NCBI GenBank assembly: GCA_028287895.1
Contig: JAQBOV010000073.1
Location: 3,088-67,087, forward strand
Source of the DNA: Mucilaginibacter sp.
GTDB taxonomy: Bacteria > Bacteroidota > Bacteroidia > Sphingobacteriales > Sphingobacteriaceae
Reading direction: 5' to 3'
DNA length: 64,000 nt
The notes below the pieces were generated by a model. That model did not search any database, was not told where the DNA came from, and worked only from the letters and a program-made list of their open reading frames with translations. The position numbers and the translations under genes are program-made. Position 1 is the stretch's first letter; the number at the start of each line of letters is the position of its first letter. This document shows positions 1 through 9,331 of this stretch, in pieces.

Positions 1-348
1 ATGAACGCGGCGGGAAACGGAAGGTCCTCCGTTTCAAATGTTACCAATGCCCGCAGGGATAACAATAATACCGGCATGCAGCATCAGCGCGGGCTGGCCA
101 ATAACAACGCTGTACAGCGGCAGCAAACACAAAGAATGCAAGGACAACAACACATGCCGCAACGCGCGCAACAACAGCATATGCCGCAACGTGCGCAACA
201 ACCGCGCATGCAACAGCGCGCATATATGCAGCCCCAGCACATGCAGCCAAGGATGCAACAACCGCAGCGAATGCAGCAACCGCAACACATGCGGCCGCAG
301 CCCTCAAATCCAGGCAACGATGGAGGGCAACCACACGGAAGACACTGA
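1..348 (+). CDS. C-terminal part of a Gln/Met/Pro/Arg-rich low-complexity protein; the 5' end lies outside the window
   Basis: The frame is open from base 1 to TGA at 346-348. The protein carries degenerate HMPQRAQQ / MQQPQR repeats. The DNA has two near-identical 27-bp tandem units (145-171 and 172-198). A hairpin follows the stop. Confidence 0.5.
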   Translation: MNAAGNGRSSVSNVTNARRDNNNTGMQHQRGLANNNAVQRQQTQRMQGQQHMPQRAQQQHMPQRAQQPRMQQRAYMQPQHMQPRMQQPQRMQQPQHMRPQPSNPGNDGGQPHGRH

Positions 349-370
349 TGGAATTTGATAAAAACAAAAA

Positions 371-393
371 GCCCTGGCAGCAGCTACCGGGGC
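371..393. terminator. Hairpin between convergent genes, a putative bidirectional terminator
   Basis: GCCCTGG (371-377) pairs with CCGGGGC (387-393) in a 7-bp stem with one G-U and a 9-nt loop. An A-run lies upstream. The hairpin sits between the stop at 348 (+) and the apaG stop at 417 (-). Confidence 0.35.
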
Positions 394-416
394 CTTACTA
401 ATTTATTATGGCAGGC

Positions 417-803
417 TTAATTCATCCGGTATGGTGCAATCAAATAAAATTCGGGGATCTGCACATCGAAAATACCATTATCTATCAGGCGTGTCATCTG
501 ATATTCCCCTTTCATGCTGCCCATATCCGTTTTAAGGTTACAGCCGGATACATATTCATGCGTGGTTCCCGGTTCGATAATGGGTTGCTGTCCTACCACA
601 CCTTCGCCTTCTACTTCTCTTTTTGCACCATTTGAGTCGAAAATTTCCCAATGCCTGCGTAAAAGCTGTACGGAATTATGTCCCACATTCTCAATGCTTA
701 TTTTGTAAGCAAACATGTAATGATCATTTGCCGGATTAGAATATTCCGGCTGATAAATAGTTTCTACAGAAACCTTAACGCCGTCGGTAATAGTAGTAAT
801 CAT
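417..803 (-). CDS. apaG: ApaG (DUF525) protein
   Basis: 128 aa. The full-length layout is typical of ApaG: GVKVSVETIYQPEYSNP..YMFAYKISIEN.G...VQLLRRHWEI.D..G...EVEGEGVVG.QP.I.PG.. Confidence 0.85.
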   Translation of the reverse strand: MITTITDGVKVSVETIYQPEYSNPANDHYMFAYKISIENVGHNSVQLLRRHWEIFDSNGAKREVEGEGVVGQQPIIEPGTTHEYVSGCNLKTDMGSMKGEYQMTRLIDNGIFDVQIPEFYLIAPYRMN

Positions 804-849
804 GAGCTGGTTGTGAATGATTCAAATATATATTTTATCAAGGCAAATA

Positions 850-1842
850 TTAAGCCATTTCTGTGCTATAATGCTCGGATACTTCAAATAATATTTCAAG
901 TATCTCTTCAAAGCTGGCAGCGGTCACCAATTTCATGCGGTATTCTTTAAAATGATCCACGCCTTTAAAATAATTTGAGTAATGCCTGCGCATCTCAAAA
1001 ATACCTGTTTTAGGCCCTTTCCACTCAATCGACTTCTCCAAATGAGTTTTACAGACCTCCACACGTTCGGCAATTGTCGGTTTTTCCAGGTATTCGCCCG
1101 TGTTAAAATAATGTTTTATTTCGCGGAAAATCCAGGGATATCCGATTGCTGCGCGGCCTATCATCATGCCATCCACTTCGTATTCCATGCGCCATTCGGC
1201 GGCTTTTTGTGGCGAATCAATATCTCCGTTCCCAAAAATGGGGATTTTTATCCTCGGATTTTTTTTGATCTGGTGTATTAACGACCAGTCGGCCACCCCT
1301 TTATACATCTGCGACCGCGTGCGGCCATGTATGGTCAATGCCTTAATGCCCACATCCTGTAAACGCTCGGCAACCTGGTAAACGTTTTTGGTATTATCGT
1401 CCCATCCTAACCTTGTTTTTACGGTTACCGGCAAATGTGTAGCTTCAACGACCGCTTTGGTCATAGCCACCATTTTATCAATGTCCTGCAGCAAACTTGC
1501 ACCGGCGCCGCGGCAAGCCACTTGTTTTACCGGGCAGCCGTAATTAATATCCATCAGGTCGGGTTTTACCTCGGTAGCGATCTCGGTAGCCTCACGCATA
1601 TGGTCAATATCACTGCCAAATATCTGTATGCCTATAGGCCGCTCGTATTCAAAAATATCCAGTTTTTGTCTGCTTTTTGCGGCATCGCGTATCAATCCCT
1701 CCGAAGAGATGAATTCCGTGTACATCATATCAGCGCCGTTCTGTTTGCACACATATCGAAAGGGGGGATCACTCACATCCTCCATCGGTGCCAGCAGCAG
1801 GGGAAAATCTCCCAGGTCAATATTTCCAATTTGTACAGACAT
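850..1842 (-). CDS. dusB: tRNA-dihydrouridine synthase
   Basis: 330 aa. Dus family motifs LLLAPMEDVSDPPFR and INYGCPVKQVACRGAGASLL are present, and the overall layout is an FMN TIM-barrel. Confidence 0.93.
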   Translation of the reverse strand: MSVQIGNIDLGDFPLLLAPMEDVSDPPFRYVCKQNGADMMYTEFISSEGLIRDAAKSRQKLDIFEYERPIGIQIFGSDIDHMREATEIATEVKPDLMDINYGCPVKQVACRGAGASLLQDIDKMVAMTKAVVEATHLPVTVKTRLGWDDNTKNVYQVAERLQDVGIKALTIHGRTRSQMYKGVADWSLIHQIKKNPRIKIPIFGNGDIDSPQKAAEWRMEYEVDGMMIGRAAIGYPWIFREIKHYFNTGEYLEKPTIAERVEVCKTHLEKSIEWKGPKTGIFEMRRHYSNYFKGVDHFKEYRMKLVTAASFEEILEILFEVSEHYSTEMA

Positions 1843-1887
1843 GCCTTATCTTTAGCCGCTACAAAATTACGAAATTTACGGCACAAT

Positions 1888-2820
1888 ATGACAGACAGGC
1901 CCATTAACCCTATACCTCACAGAGCAATACATCCGGGTTTACAGTTTTTGATGCTGATAGGAGTAGTATTGGGACTGATACTTGCCGGTACGGTAATAAG
2001 TATATTAATTATCTCTTCATCCTTTGGAAAGGATATTTTAAATGATACGATGAGTTTAAAAGTGTCATCTGTCCAGGCGCAAAATGCATTGTGGATATTG
2101 CAAATAGTGAGTACCACCCTGCCTCTTTTATTAAGCCCTGTTTTATTTTCTTATATTATTGTGCGCCAACCTGATGACTATCTTAAGACGACTTTTCATT
2201 TTCCCTGGCTACTCATCCCGGTAGTTTTTTTAACCATGATGCTATCGGAGCCGTTGATGGAATTTATAGGAAACATCAATCAGCATATGAACCTTCCCCA
2301 ATGGATGCGTGATGAGGAAAACAGGCATAAACAGGCCTCAGATAGCATGATGCAAATGAAAACTGTGGGGAGCCTGTTTTTCAATCTGTTCATTATCGGT
2401 TTAGTAACCGCCCTTGCCGAAGAGTTTCTTTTCAGGGGGTGCCTGCAAACCATATTTGTGCGATGGATGAAAAATAAACATGTTGCTATCTGGTTAACCG
2501 CTGTATTATTCAGCGCCTTTCACATGGAGTTTTTCGGCTTTTTGCCACGTATGATGCTGGGCTTGCTGTTTGGTTACTTTGTGGCCTGGAGCGGCAGTAT
2601 ATGGCCGGCTGTCTGGGGTCATTTTGTAAATAACGGTACGGTAGTAGTGATCACTTACCTTTATCAGCATAAATTAATTAACGTGAACCCTGATGACCAG
2701 CAGGTTTTTAGTTACGGCGGATACCTTATAAGCTTTATAATTACCTTATTTTTGCTGTTTATTTATCAATATATTTCAAAAAGGCAAATTGCGGATACGA
2801 ATGGAGAAGAACTGGATTAA
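1888..2820 (+). CDS. CPBP-family (CAAX) intramembrane glutamic endopeptidase
   Basis: Motifs EEFLFRG, FSAFHMEF and HFVNNG lie in a polytopic membrane protein. I placed the start at ATG 1888, because the ORF-track start at 1435 runs antisense through dusB. Confidence 0.8.
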   Translation: MTDRPINPIPHRAIHPGLQFLMLIGVVLGLILAGTVISILIISSSFGKDILNDTMSLKVSSVQAQNALWILQIVSTTLPLLLSPVLFSYIIVRQPDDYLKTTFHFPWLLIPVVFLTMMLSEPLMEFIGNINQHMNLPQWMRDEENRHKQASDSMMQMKTVGSLFFNLFIIGLVTALAEEFLFRGCLQTIFVRWMKNKHVAIWLTAVLFSAFHMEFFGFLPRMMLGLLFGYFVAWSGSIWPAVWGHFVNNGTVVVITYLYQHKLINVNPDDQQVFSYGGYLISFIITLFLLFIYQYISKRQIADTNGEELD

Positions 2821-3013
2821 AATTTTTTCGTCCGCCAATTACTACCAGGCAGAAATAGTGAAGCAAATGCTTATTGAACACCAGATAGATACCGTCTTAT
2901 TAAATAAACAAGATTCGTCCCACCGCACATTTGGCAACATCGAAGTATATATTCACCAACAGGATTTCAGCAATGCCATTGAAGCCATGATCCTGAACCA
3001 GACCAATTTATGA
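2801..3013 (+). CDS. Small DUF2007-like (putative signal-transducing) protein
   Basis: 70 aa from ATG 2801; the track start at 2789 is TTG. The sequence WIKIFSS.NYYQAEIVKQMLIEHQI..VLLNKQDS resembles the DUF2007 family. It overlaps the upstream gene by 20 nt and cdsA by 4 nt (ATGA). Confidence 0.6.
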   Translation: MEKNWIKIFSSANYYQAEIVKQMLIEHQIDTVLLNKQDSSHRTFGNIEVYIHQQDFSNAIEAMILNQTNL

Positions 3014-3822
3014 AAACACGCGCCATTACAGGCTTTTTCTTTGTTATCGTTATGCTTGCCTCGGTATTGTTAGGGCAATATATCTTTGGGATATTCTATT
3101 TACTACTCGGCGCACTTGCATTGCGCGAATTTTATGGATTAGTCAAACAAAGCGGCATCCAGCCTAATCAGTCTGCAGGAATTCTAAACGGCATTTTTAT
3201 TTATGTGATATTCGCGCTGATAACTTATAAAGATGAGCCTGTATACCATAAACTTTTACTTTTGCCGGCCCTGACAGGGAGCGCTATTTTTATCCAGGAA
3301 CTCTACAAAAAATCGGAAACGCCGTTCACCAATATCTCCTATACGATTATCGGTATTATTTATGCCCTATTGCCTTTTATCTTTTTCCATGCGCTGGCCT
3401 ATGCGGACGGTGGCTTTAACTTTCATATTCCGCTTGCCTTTCTGATCATGCTTTGGGCAAATGATACAGGTGCTTATTTAAGCGGACGTTTTTTCGGGCG
3501 AACCAAACTGTTTGAGCGTCATTCGCCGAAAAAAACATGGGAAGGCTTTTTTGGTGGTGTTCTGATCAGCGCGGGTGCTGCTTATATTATCAGCATTTAT
3601 TACCACGAGCTGGCCTGGAACCGCTGGGTGACAATGGCTGTGCTGATCGGCTGTTTTGGTACTTTGGGCGACCTGGTAGAGTCCATGCTCAAGCGCAGCA
3701 TCAATGTTAAAGATTCAGGTGGCATCTTACCTGGTCACGGCGGGCTGCTCGACCGCTTTGACGGCCTGTTATTATCGGCACCAATCGTATATGCCTACCT
3801 TTACTTAATTACAAATTCGTAA
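3010..3822 (+). CDS. cdsA: Phosphatidate cytidylyltransferase
   Basis: 270 aa membrane protein with the CDS signature SMLKRSINVKDSGGILPGHGGLLDRFDG. Confidence 0.93.
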   Translation: MKTRAITGFFFVIVMLASVLLGQYIFGIFYLLLGALALREFYGLVKQSGIQPNQSAGILNGIFIYVIFALITYKDEPVYHKLLLLPALTGSAIFIQELYKKSETPFTNISYTIIGIIYALLPFIFFHALAYADGGFNFHIPLAFLIMLWANDTGAYLSGRFFGRTKLFERHSPKKTWEGFFGGVLISAGAAYIISIYYHELAWNRWVTMAVLIGCFGTLGDLVESMLKRSINVKDSGGILPGHGGLLDRFDGLLLSAPIVYAYLYLITNS

Positions 3823-3844
3823 TTTTGCATCAAACTACTATAAA

Positions 3845-4594
3845 ATGACAATCCATAAAGAAGGTTATACATCCATTGCCCTGTGCGTATTGCTGATATT
3901 TGTATCAAACGCGCTAATACAATTTTATTACCCGGATGCACATACTGTCAAATGGATCGTATATATTTTATCGTTTGCTCTTTTGGTGATCATCCTGCAG
4001 TTTTTCCGCAGTCCGCATCTACGTATCAACATCGATGAAAAGCAAGTGCTTTGTCCGGCAGATGGTAAAGTAGTGGTGATCGAAGAAACCGATGAAACCG
4101 AATATTTAAAAGACAGGCGGATACAGATATCGGTATTCATGTCGCCTATTAATGTACACGTTAACCGCAACCCTATTTCGGGTATTGTGAAATATTTCAG
4201 GTATCATCCCGGCAAATACCTGGTGGCCTGGCATCCAAAATCATCTACCGAGAATGAGCGTACCACTATCGTGATTGAGAACAGTGAAGGCATACCGGTG
4301 TTATTCAGGCAAATTGCAGGGGCTATGGCACGCCGCATTGTTTGGTATGTAAAAGAAGGCGACAAGGTCGGTCAGGGCCAACAGTTCGGTTTTATTAAAT
4401 TCGGCTCAAGGGTGGACGTGTTTTTGCCATTAGGTACAAAGATCAATGTCGGTTTGGGTGAAGTTGTAAAAGGTGGACAAACGGTGCTGGCTACGCTAAC
4501 CCCTCAACCCCGTAAAGAGGAAGCAGCAAAAGAAACTGTCGTTGCCGAAACGGTTACGATTGCCAAACCCAAAGCGGTGAAGAAAAAGGTTTAA
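3845..4594 (+). CDS. psd: Phosphatidylserine decarboxylase family protein (short type) with an Ala/Lys-rich C-terminal tail
   Basis: It has N-terminal transmembrane segments and a cleavage-type motif GFIKFGSRVD. Its position directly after cdsA supports the call. Confidence 0.85.
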   Translation: MTIHKEGYTSIALCVLLIFVSNALIQFYYPDAHTVKWIVYILSFALLVIILQFFRSPHLRINIDEKQVLCPADGKVVVIEETDETEYLKDRRIQISVFMSPINVHVNRNPISGIVKYFRYHPGKYLVAWHPKSSTENERTTIVIENSEGIPVLFRQIAGAMARRIVWYVKEGDKVGQGQQFGFIKFGSRVDVFLPLGTKINVGLGEVVKGGQTVLATLTPQPRKEEAAKETVVAETVTIAKPKAVKKKV

Positions 4595-4724
4595 ACAATA
4601 GTCATTTCCTGCAGCAGGGCCTGTGTTGGTGGGAAGGTGGGAAATTGTACAACTTGCCCGAACGCGCGTAGAAGATTTCTTTCTGTGGTTCGAAATGACA
4701 TAAAGTAAAAAACTCACCATAAAA

Positions 4725-4751
4725 AAGCCTTTCTGAAATTCAGAAAGGCTT
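4725..4751. terminator. Bidirectional rho-independent terminator between psd (+) and rplS (-)
   Basis: A perfect 12-bp stem pairs AAGCCTTTCTGA (4725-4736) with TCAGAAAGGCTT (4740-4751) around a 3-nt loop. It is flanked by an A-run on the left and a T-rich run on the right. Confidence 0.8.
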
Positions 4752-4789
4752 TATATTTTACTAATTCCCCCTTTCGGGGATTAGTCGGT

Positions 4790-5137
4790 TTAAACTCTTT
4801 TTGATTTGATACGAGCTGCTTTACCGGTCAGTTCGCGCAGGTAGAATAATTTAGCACGACGTACTTTACCGTGGCTGTTTACTTCTACTTTGTCAATGTT
4901 TGGTGAATTGATAGGGAATATACGTTCAACACCGATACCGTTTGAAACCTTACGCACCGTAAAGGTTTCGTTGTTACCTACGCTGTTACGCTGAATAACA
5001 ACACCCTGGTAAACCTGTATACGTTCCTTGTTTCCTTCTCTGATTTTATAGTGTACGCTAACAGTATCACCTGCCTTAAACGCAGGAAGTTGCTTTTTTT
5101 CTACTGATTGCTCTTCAACAAATTTTACTAAATCCAT
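4790..5137 (-). CDS. rplS: 50S ribosomal protein L19
   Basis: 115 aa. The L19 pattern runs full length (LP.FKAGDTV.VHYKI.EG.KERIQ.YQGVVI...). trmD lies upstream, which is the conserved operon order. Confidence 0.95.
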   Translation of the reverse strand: MDLVKFVEEQSVEKKQLPAFKAGDTVSVHYKIREGNKERIQVYQGVVIQRNSVGNNETFTVRKVSNGIGVERIFPINSPNIDKVEVNSHGKVRRAKLFYLRELTGKAARIKSKRV

Positions 5138-5306
5138 GATTTTAAGCTCTTAAAAGCGATTTTTAGCCCGTAAAAATCGGATTGCAATAATAGGGATTTT
5201 ATTTTTAAATAAAAAGTCTAATTAAAAAATTTCCACATTTTATACGCTTGATGGGATTTGCAGGATTTACATGACCCCGACAATCCGCTAAATCCTAAAA
5301 TCAGGT

Positions 5307-5981
5307 TTATTTCAACAAATCCGGCCGTCTGTTTTTCGTCCGTTCAACCGCTTGTTCAAACCTCCATTTTTCTATCTCAGGAGTATTTCCGCTCAACAAG
5401 ATATCCGGGACCTTATGGCCGTTCCAGTCGGCAGGGCGGGTATAAACGGGCGCATCGAGCAGATCATCCTGAAAAGAATCGGACAGCGCCGATGTTTCGT
5501 CATTCAATACACCCGGGATCAACCGGACAACAGCATCAACCAATACCGCTGCAGGCAGTTCACCGCCTGAAAGCACATAGTCACCTATGGAAATTTCGCG
5601 GGTAACAAACACATCTCTTATCCGCTGGTCAATACCTTTATAATGACCGCATAGAATAATGACATTTTTTTTGATAGAAAGCTGGTTGGCAATCTGCTGG
5701 TTGAGTGTTTCCCCATCAGGCGACATGAAAATGATCTCGTCATAATCCCGCTCCGCTTTCAGTTTTTCAATACAGCGGGCAAAAGGTTCAATCGTCATCA
5801 CCATGCCGCTGCCGCCACCATAGGGGTAATCGTCTACGCTTTTTTGCTTGTTGGTAGCGTAGTCGCGCAGGTTATGAACGTGTATCTCCACCACGCCTTT
5901 TTTCTGCGCACGCTGTAATATAGAATGAGCAAAAGGACTTTCCAGCAAAGCGGGCAAAACGGTAATGAGATCAAAACGCAT
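5307..5981 (-). CDS. trmD: tRNA (guanine37-N1)-methyltransferase
   Basis: [10 protein letters not shown] is a typical TrmD N-terminus, and [11 protein letters not shown] and LLSGN..IEKWR are present. I placed the start at ATG 5981 (cat at 5979-5981). The track start at 6077 would overlap the upstream gene. Confidence 0.93.
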   Translation of the reverse strand: MRFDLITVLPALLESPFAHSILQRAQKKGVVEIHVHNLRDYATNKQKSVDDYPYGGGSGMVMTIEPFARCIEKLKAERDYDEIIFMSPDGETLNQQIANQLSIKKNVIILCGHYKGIDQRIRDVFVTREISIGDYVLSGGELPAAVLVDAVVRLIPGVLNDETSALSDSFQDDLLDAPVYTRPADWNGHKVPDILLSGNTPEIEKWRFEQAVERTKNRRPDLLK

Positions 5982-6036
5982 GGCGCAAATATAATGCGCA
6001 GATGGGCGGATTTCAAATGTGCAGATTTCGTTCTTG

Positions 6037-6756
6037 CTATTGCTGACCAATTCCAAGAATATTTCCTGCCGGATCACTGAATACTGCTGTATCCTCTTTT
6101 GAATTACCTTCTGGTGGTCGAATTATCCTGCCACCATTAGCGATTATTGCATCCGCGGTAGCGGCAACTCCATCCACCATAATATAGATCAGCAAACCAG
6201 ATTCGGAAGGTTTCAGCTCCGATGTCCACATGCCGCTGACTACTCCGGGGCCATCATCAAAAGCTGCATTCCCGTGATTATCATTCCTGAGCGGCCAGTT
6301 GAAAACTGTTTCGTAAAAATTGGCCGAGCGGGTAATATCTTCAGCCGGGATTTCGAGATAGCATATTTTCCCATGCCCACCGCCGGGGTGCTGATATAAA
6401 CCAAACACATTACCCGCAGGATCTATAAACCAGGCGATAAACTCCGTATCGCTTATGCTCATTTTTTTAACAACTTTGCTACCATTGGCAATTAATAGAT
6501 CAATCGTTGCTTCCAAATTATCAACCATTATGGAAATCAGTATTCCCGGCCCGGTTGCAGGTTTTCGGCCCGATACCCAGGTACCGCTTACTTCACCTAT
6601 CGCGTCATCAAAAGCGATACTGCCATCGCCCCGGGTCCTGATGTTCCATCCAAAAACCGTGTGGTAAAAAGCCGATGATTCTTTAATGCTGTTAGCCGGA
6701 ATTTCGATGTAACCTATTTTGCCGTTGCCAAATGTAGGTTGTTTTGTATTTTTCAT
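6037..6756 (-). CDS. VOC (glyoxalase/bleomycin-resistance fold) family protein with two tandem domains
   Basis: 239 aa made of two internally similar halves ([10 protein letters not shown]....FY..VFGW / [10 protein letters not shown]....FYETVFNW). Confidence 0.75.
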   Translation of the reverse strand: MKNTKQPTFGNGKIGYIEIPANSIKESSAFYHTVFGWNIRTRGDGSIAFDDAIGEVSGTWVSGRKPATGPGILISIMVDNLEATIDLLIANGSKVVKKMSISDTEFIAWFIDPAGNVFGLYQHPGGGHGKICYLEIPAEDITRSANFYETVFNWPLRNDNHGNAAFDDGPGVVSGMWTSELKPSESGLLIYIMVDGVAATADAIIANGGRIIRPPEGNSKEDTAVFSDPAGNILGIGQQ

Positions 6757-6919
6757 AGCTTTATTGATTTGAGATCATTTTTAAAGTTTAATTCTATTTA
6801 TTGACCTCACCTAAACGGCGCAGCCCTCATGAATTCCTTAAAAAACTCACCATCTTGTGAATAATCCTCTCCTTTGGAAGGATTTTAACTACTTGAACTA
6901 TACTACCTTCTACGCCTCT

Positions 6920-7120
6920 TCAATCTTCGTCTTCTAACATAAATACCTGTTCAAATGGTTTATTAAATACACGGGCTATTTTTAGCGCCAGTACCGTTGA
7001 GGGCACGTACTTATTACTCTCGATCGTATTGATGGTTTGCCTTGACACGCCCACTTGTTCAGCAAGCTCGGCCTGGGTAATGTCTTTGATGGCGCGTTCT
7101 ACCCTGATATTATTTTTCAT
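6920..7120 (-). CDS. XRE-family helix-turn-helix transcriptional regulator (short, about 66 aa)
   Basis: The HTH_3 pattern ITQAELAEQVGVSRQTINTIESNKYVPS is present. The gene overlaps the upstream membrane-protein gene by 11 nt. Confidence 0.88.
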   Translation of the reverse strand: MKNNIRVERAIKDITQAELAEQVGVSRQTINTIESNKYVPSTVLALKIARVFNKPFEQVFMLEDED

Positions 7121-7556
7121 GATCCCCCTCCCTGCTTAATGAACGGTTGAGGCGAAAGATGACCCACCTGAAACGGATGATAAAAAATATAAGCGGCACC
7201 CATAAATTTAACTCCAGTATATGGCCAACATCTTCTATAAACACCAGGCTGGTGATTAGTATAAGGTAATTAACATAAATCGCCCATCGCAGCGAATCCA
7301 GACGCACTTGCCATATCTGCTCGTCTTCGATCTTTTCTTTGGCAAAAGCAACCAGGAATAAACCAGCTGTCATCAGCAAGGCGGTAGATATAAAAAACAG
7401 GTGTTCGCCGGTAAAAAGGCCATGGCTGCCCGGTCCGTTATCCATCACACTGACCATCCCATGCGCCCGGCCCAGTATACTGAGCGGAACATGCAGTACG
7501 ACAAGCGACCAGCCCAGGTAGCGCCACCAGTAAGGGAACAGGAAATAAGGTTTCAT
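7110..7556 (-). CDS. Hypothetical 4-TM membrane protein co-transcribed with the XRE regulator
   Basis: 148 aa with four hydrophobic segments. It is translationally coupled to the HTH gene. Membrane-protein/short-XRE pairs are a recurrent but uncharacterised arrangement. Confidence 0.6.
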   Translation of the reverse strand: MKPYFLFPYWWRYLGWSLVVLHVPLSILGRAHGMVSVMDNGPGSHGLFTGEHLFFISTALLMTAGLFLVAFAKEKIEDEQIWQVRLDSLRWAIYVNYLILITSLVFIEDVGHILELNLWVPLIFFIIRFRWVIFRLNRSLSREGDHEK

Positions 7557-7559
7557 AAT

Positions 7560-7620
7560 TTTGTAAAGTTTGATATACCAAATGTAAAATAAACTTTACA
7601 AATGTCAAATATATTTGACA
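7560..7620 (-). promoter_or_regulatory. Promoter/operator region of the membrane-protein/XRE operon
   Basis: An 11-bp inverted repeat, TTTGTAAAGTT (7560-7570) and AACTTTACAAA (7592-7602), brackets a minus-strand TACATTTG -7 box (7586->7579, TAnnTTTG consensus). A perfect 18-bp palindrome, TGTCAAATATATTTGACA (7603-7620), lies immediately upstream. Confidence 0.55.
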
Positions 7621-7870
7621 AAAAAACTCAACAAAAAAAAATTATCTTCGGGCAAACCCTTACTGCAATGATTAGAGCCTGGATGATACCTGTTACTGAT
7701 AAAGGAGAAGATAGTTATGGCAATATCGGAAAGCATGAATACTTATGCGCTTTGACAAAAGACCTTACAAAAGGTGTGGCGGGAATTAAAGTTCGAAATA
7801 TTGTTCATGTAAAATAACTTTTTACCCATTGATTGCAGCTGGGTCCCAACGCATATAGGTACCGAGGTAT

Positions 7871-8395
7871 TTACTCCAAATAAATATCCAGCAACCCCTC
7901 AGGCAAATCAACCCTGACAATCCCTTTAACCACATCAATGCCTTTAATAATTTCCTCGTTGAGCGGGAAAAGCACTTCGCAGTTTTTATAGGTAACAGTG
8001 GCGATCAGTTGCTGGGGCAGTTCCTGTATATTGGTGATCCGGCCCAGTTCGCCCTCGTCCTCATCAATTGCGGTAAAACCTAAGAGATCCATCAGGGTAA
8101 AATCGCCGCTTTGTTTTTTGGGTTTTAGTTTATTGGGAAGGTAAACATCTTTTTTTACCAGCCTGGATGCTTTTTCAATGGTATCCACATCTTCCAAAAA
8201 AAGATAGGCGGTACTATTCTGATGATATTTGACAGATTCTAAAAAATAAGGCACCAGCTTACCCGACAGATCAATAAAAACTGCGTTAAAATCGATTATG
8301 TCCAGATTTTCAAAGTCGACATATAGTTGCAGCTCGCCCTTTAAACCTTTGGTTTTGATAATGCTTCCTATTCTGAAACTGTCTTCAATCTTCAT
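7871..8395 (-). CDS. rimM: 16S rRNA processing protein RimM
   Basis: The N-terminus MKIEDSFRIGSIIKTKGLKGELQLY is typical of RimM. I placed the start at ATG 8395; the track start is 8419. The gene lies downstream of rpsP. Confidence 0.88.
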   Translation of the reverse strand: MKIEDSFRIGSIIKTKGLKGELQLYVDFENLDIIDFNAVFIDLSGKLVPYFLESVKYHQNSTAYLFLEDVDTIEKASRLVKKDVYLPNKLKPKKQSGDFTLMDLLGFTAIDEDEGELGRITNIQELPQQLIATVTYKNCEVLFPLNEEIIKGIDVVKGIVRVDLPEGLLDIYLE

Positions 8396-8436
8396 TTTGA
8401 ATGCTTTTAGTGCTATCATCTGTCAATCGCCTATCC

Positions 8437-8564
8437 GACTCACCCGGTCTTTGCTGCGCTCCACCACCCGCTCTGCTGCGCAAAGAGGATTTTTAATTAA
8501 ACATTAACTCCTCTGTTTTTCTTCACCCCTCTTTGCGCAGCAGAAAAGGGGCGGGGCGTGAGTC
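8437..8564. repeat. Nested GC-rich palindromic element between rpsP and rimM
   Basis: A perfect 16-bp inverted repeat pairs CTGCTGCGCAAAGAGG (8473-8488) with CCTCTTTGCGCAGCAG (8528-8543) across a 39-nt AT-rich spacer. Outer arms GACTCAC (8437-8443) and GTGAGTC (8558-8564) flank it. TGCTGCGC also occurs again as a direct repeat at 8452-8459. Confidence 0.6.
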
Positions 8565-8638
8565 AACAGAAATGCCCTTAAACAATAATAGCGAAGAACC
8601 AAAAGGTCGCTTCGCTATTAAATAAGCTTTTATTAAAA

Positions 8639-9193
8639 TTACTCTGCGCTTTCAGCTTCTGCAGATGCATCAGTTTCTGCTTCGGCAGCAGGTGCTTCAA
8701 CTTCTTCATCAGCAACTTCTGCTTGTTCGGCAGGCGGAGTATTCTTAGCAACAATTGCTGCGGCTCTTTCTTCCTTTTTCTTAGCTTCAGCAGCTAAGGC
8801 AGCTTTACGTGCATCTTGTTTTGCGGTAGTTAAGCTATCTTTTTTACCGGTGATCTTGCCTTCCTTCTGATCAAGCCACGCCTGGAATTTAGACTCAACT
8901 TGTTCTTCGGTTAAAGCGCCTTTTTTAAGGCCACCCTGTAAATGTTTCTTGTACAAAACGCCTTTATATGAAAGGATAGCACGGCAGGTGTCAGTAGGCT
9001 GAGCACCGTTGTTTACCCAATCAAGAGTTTTGTCGAAATTAATGTCAATTGTAGCGGGATTAGTGTTTGGGTTGTATGAACCTAAACGCTCAATGAAGCG
9101 GCCATCTCGTGGAGCACGCGCATCTGCCACTACGATATAGTAAAAAGGTTTTCCTTTTTTACCATGTCTTTGCAGTCTGATCTTAGTTGCCAT
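8639..9193 (-). CDS. rpsP: 30S ribosomal protein S16 with an Ala/Glu/Lys-rich C-terminal extension
   Basis: The N-terminus is [35 protein letters not shown]. The roughly 90-aa acidic tail is the long form seen in Bacteroidota. Confidence 0.95.
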   Translation of the reverse strand: MATKIRLQRHGKKGKPFYYIVVADARAPRDGRFIERLGSYNPNTNPATIDINFDKTLDWVNNGAQPTDTCRAILSYKGVLYKKHLQGGLKKGALTEEQVESKFQAWLDQKEGKITGKKDSLTTAKQDARKAALAAEAKKKEERAAAIVAKNTPPAEQAEVADEEVEAPAAEAETDASAEAESAE

Positions 9194-9246
9194 TTTTAAT
9201 TTTTATGTATTCAACATTTTCCCCGGAGTCTCCTTCTGCGGGGATG

Positions 9247-9254
9247 CAAAGGTA
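9247..9254 (-). promoter_or_regulatory. Candidate Bacteroidota-type -7 box (TACCTTTG) for rpsP
   Basis: On the minus strand TACCTTTG matches TAnnTTTG, about 55 nt upstream of the rpsP ATG. Confidence 0.35.
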
Positions 9255-9331
9255 GAAAAATTTATTTTAATTTTTAAATCCTATAAATAATTAAATAATA
9301 GGCACATTATAAAAATTATTGGCATTTTGCG

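Noticed and set aside
1435-1887. The N-terminal 151 codons of the 461-aa ORF-track entry for the CPBP protease.
   Set aside because: This part runs antisense through dusB and has no membrane or protease character. The hydrophobic CPBP protein begins naturally at ATG 1888.
7602-7817. A 71-aa ORF on the plus strand between the XRE operon and rimM.
   Set aside because: Its ATG adjoins the 18-bp palindrome and overlaps the last base of the 11-bp repeat arm, which together look like the divergent operon's operator. It has no recognisable motif or ribosome-binding context. I cannot exclude a real small protein.
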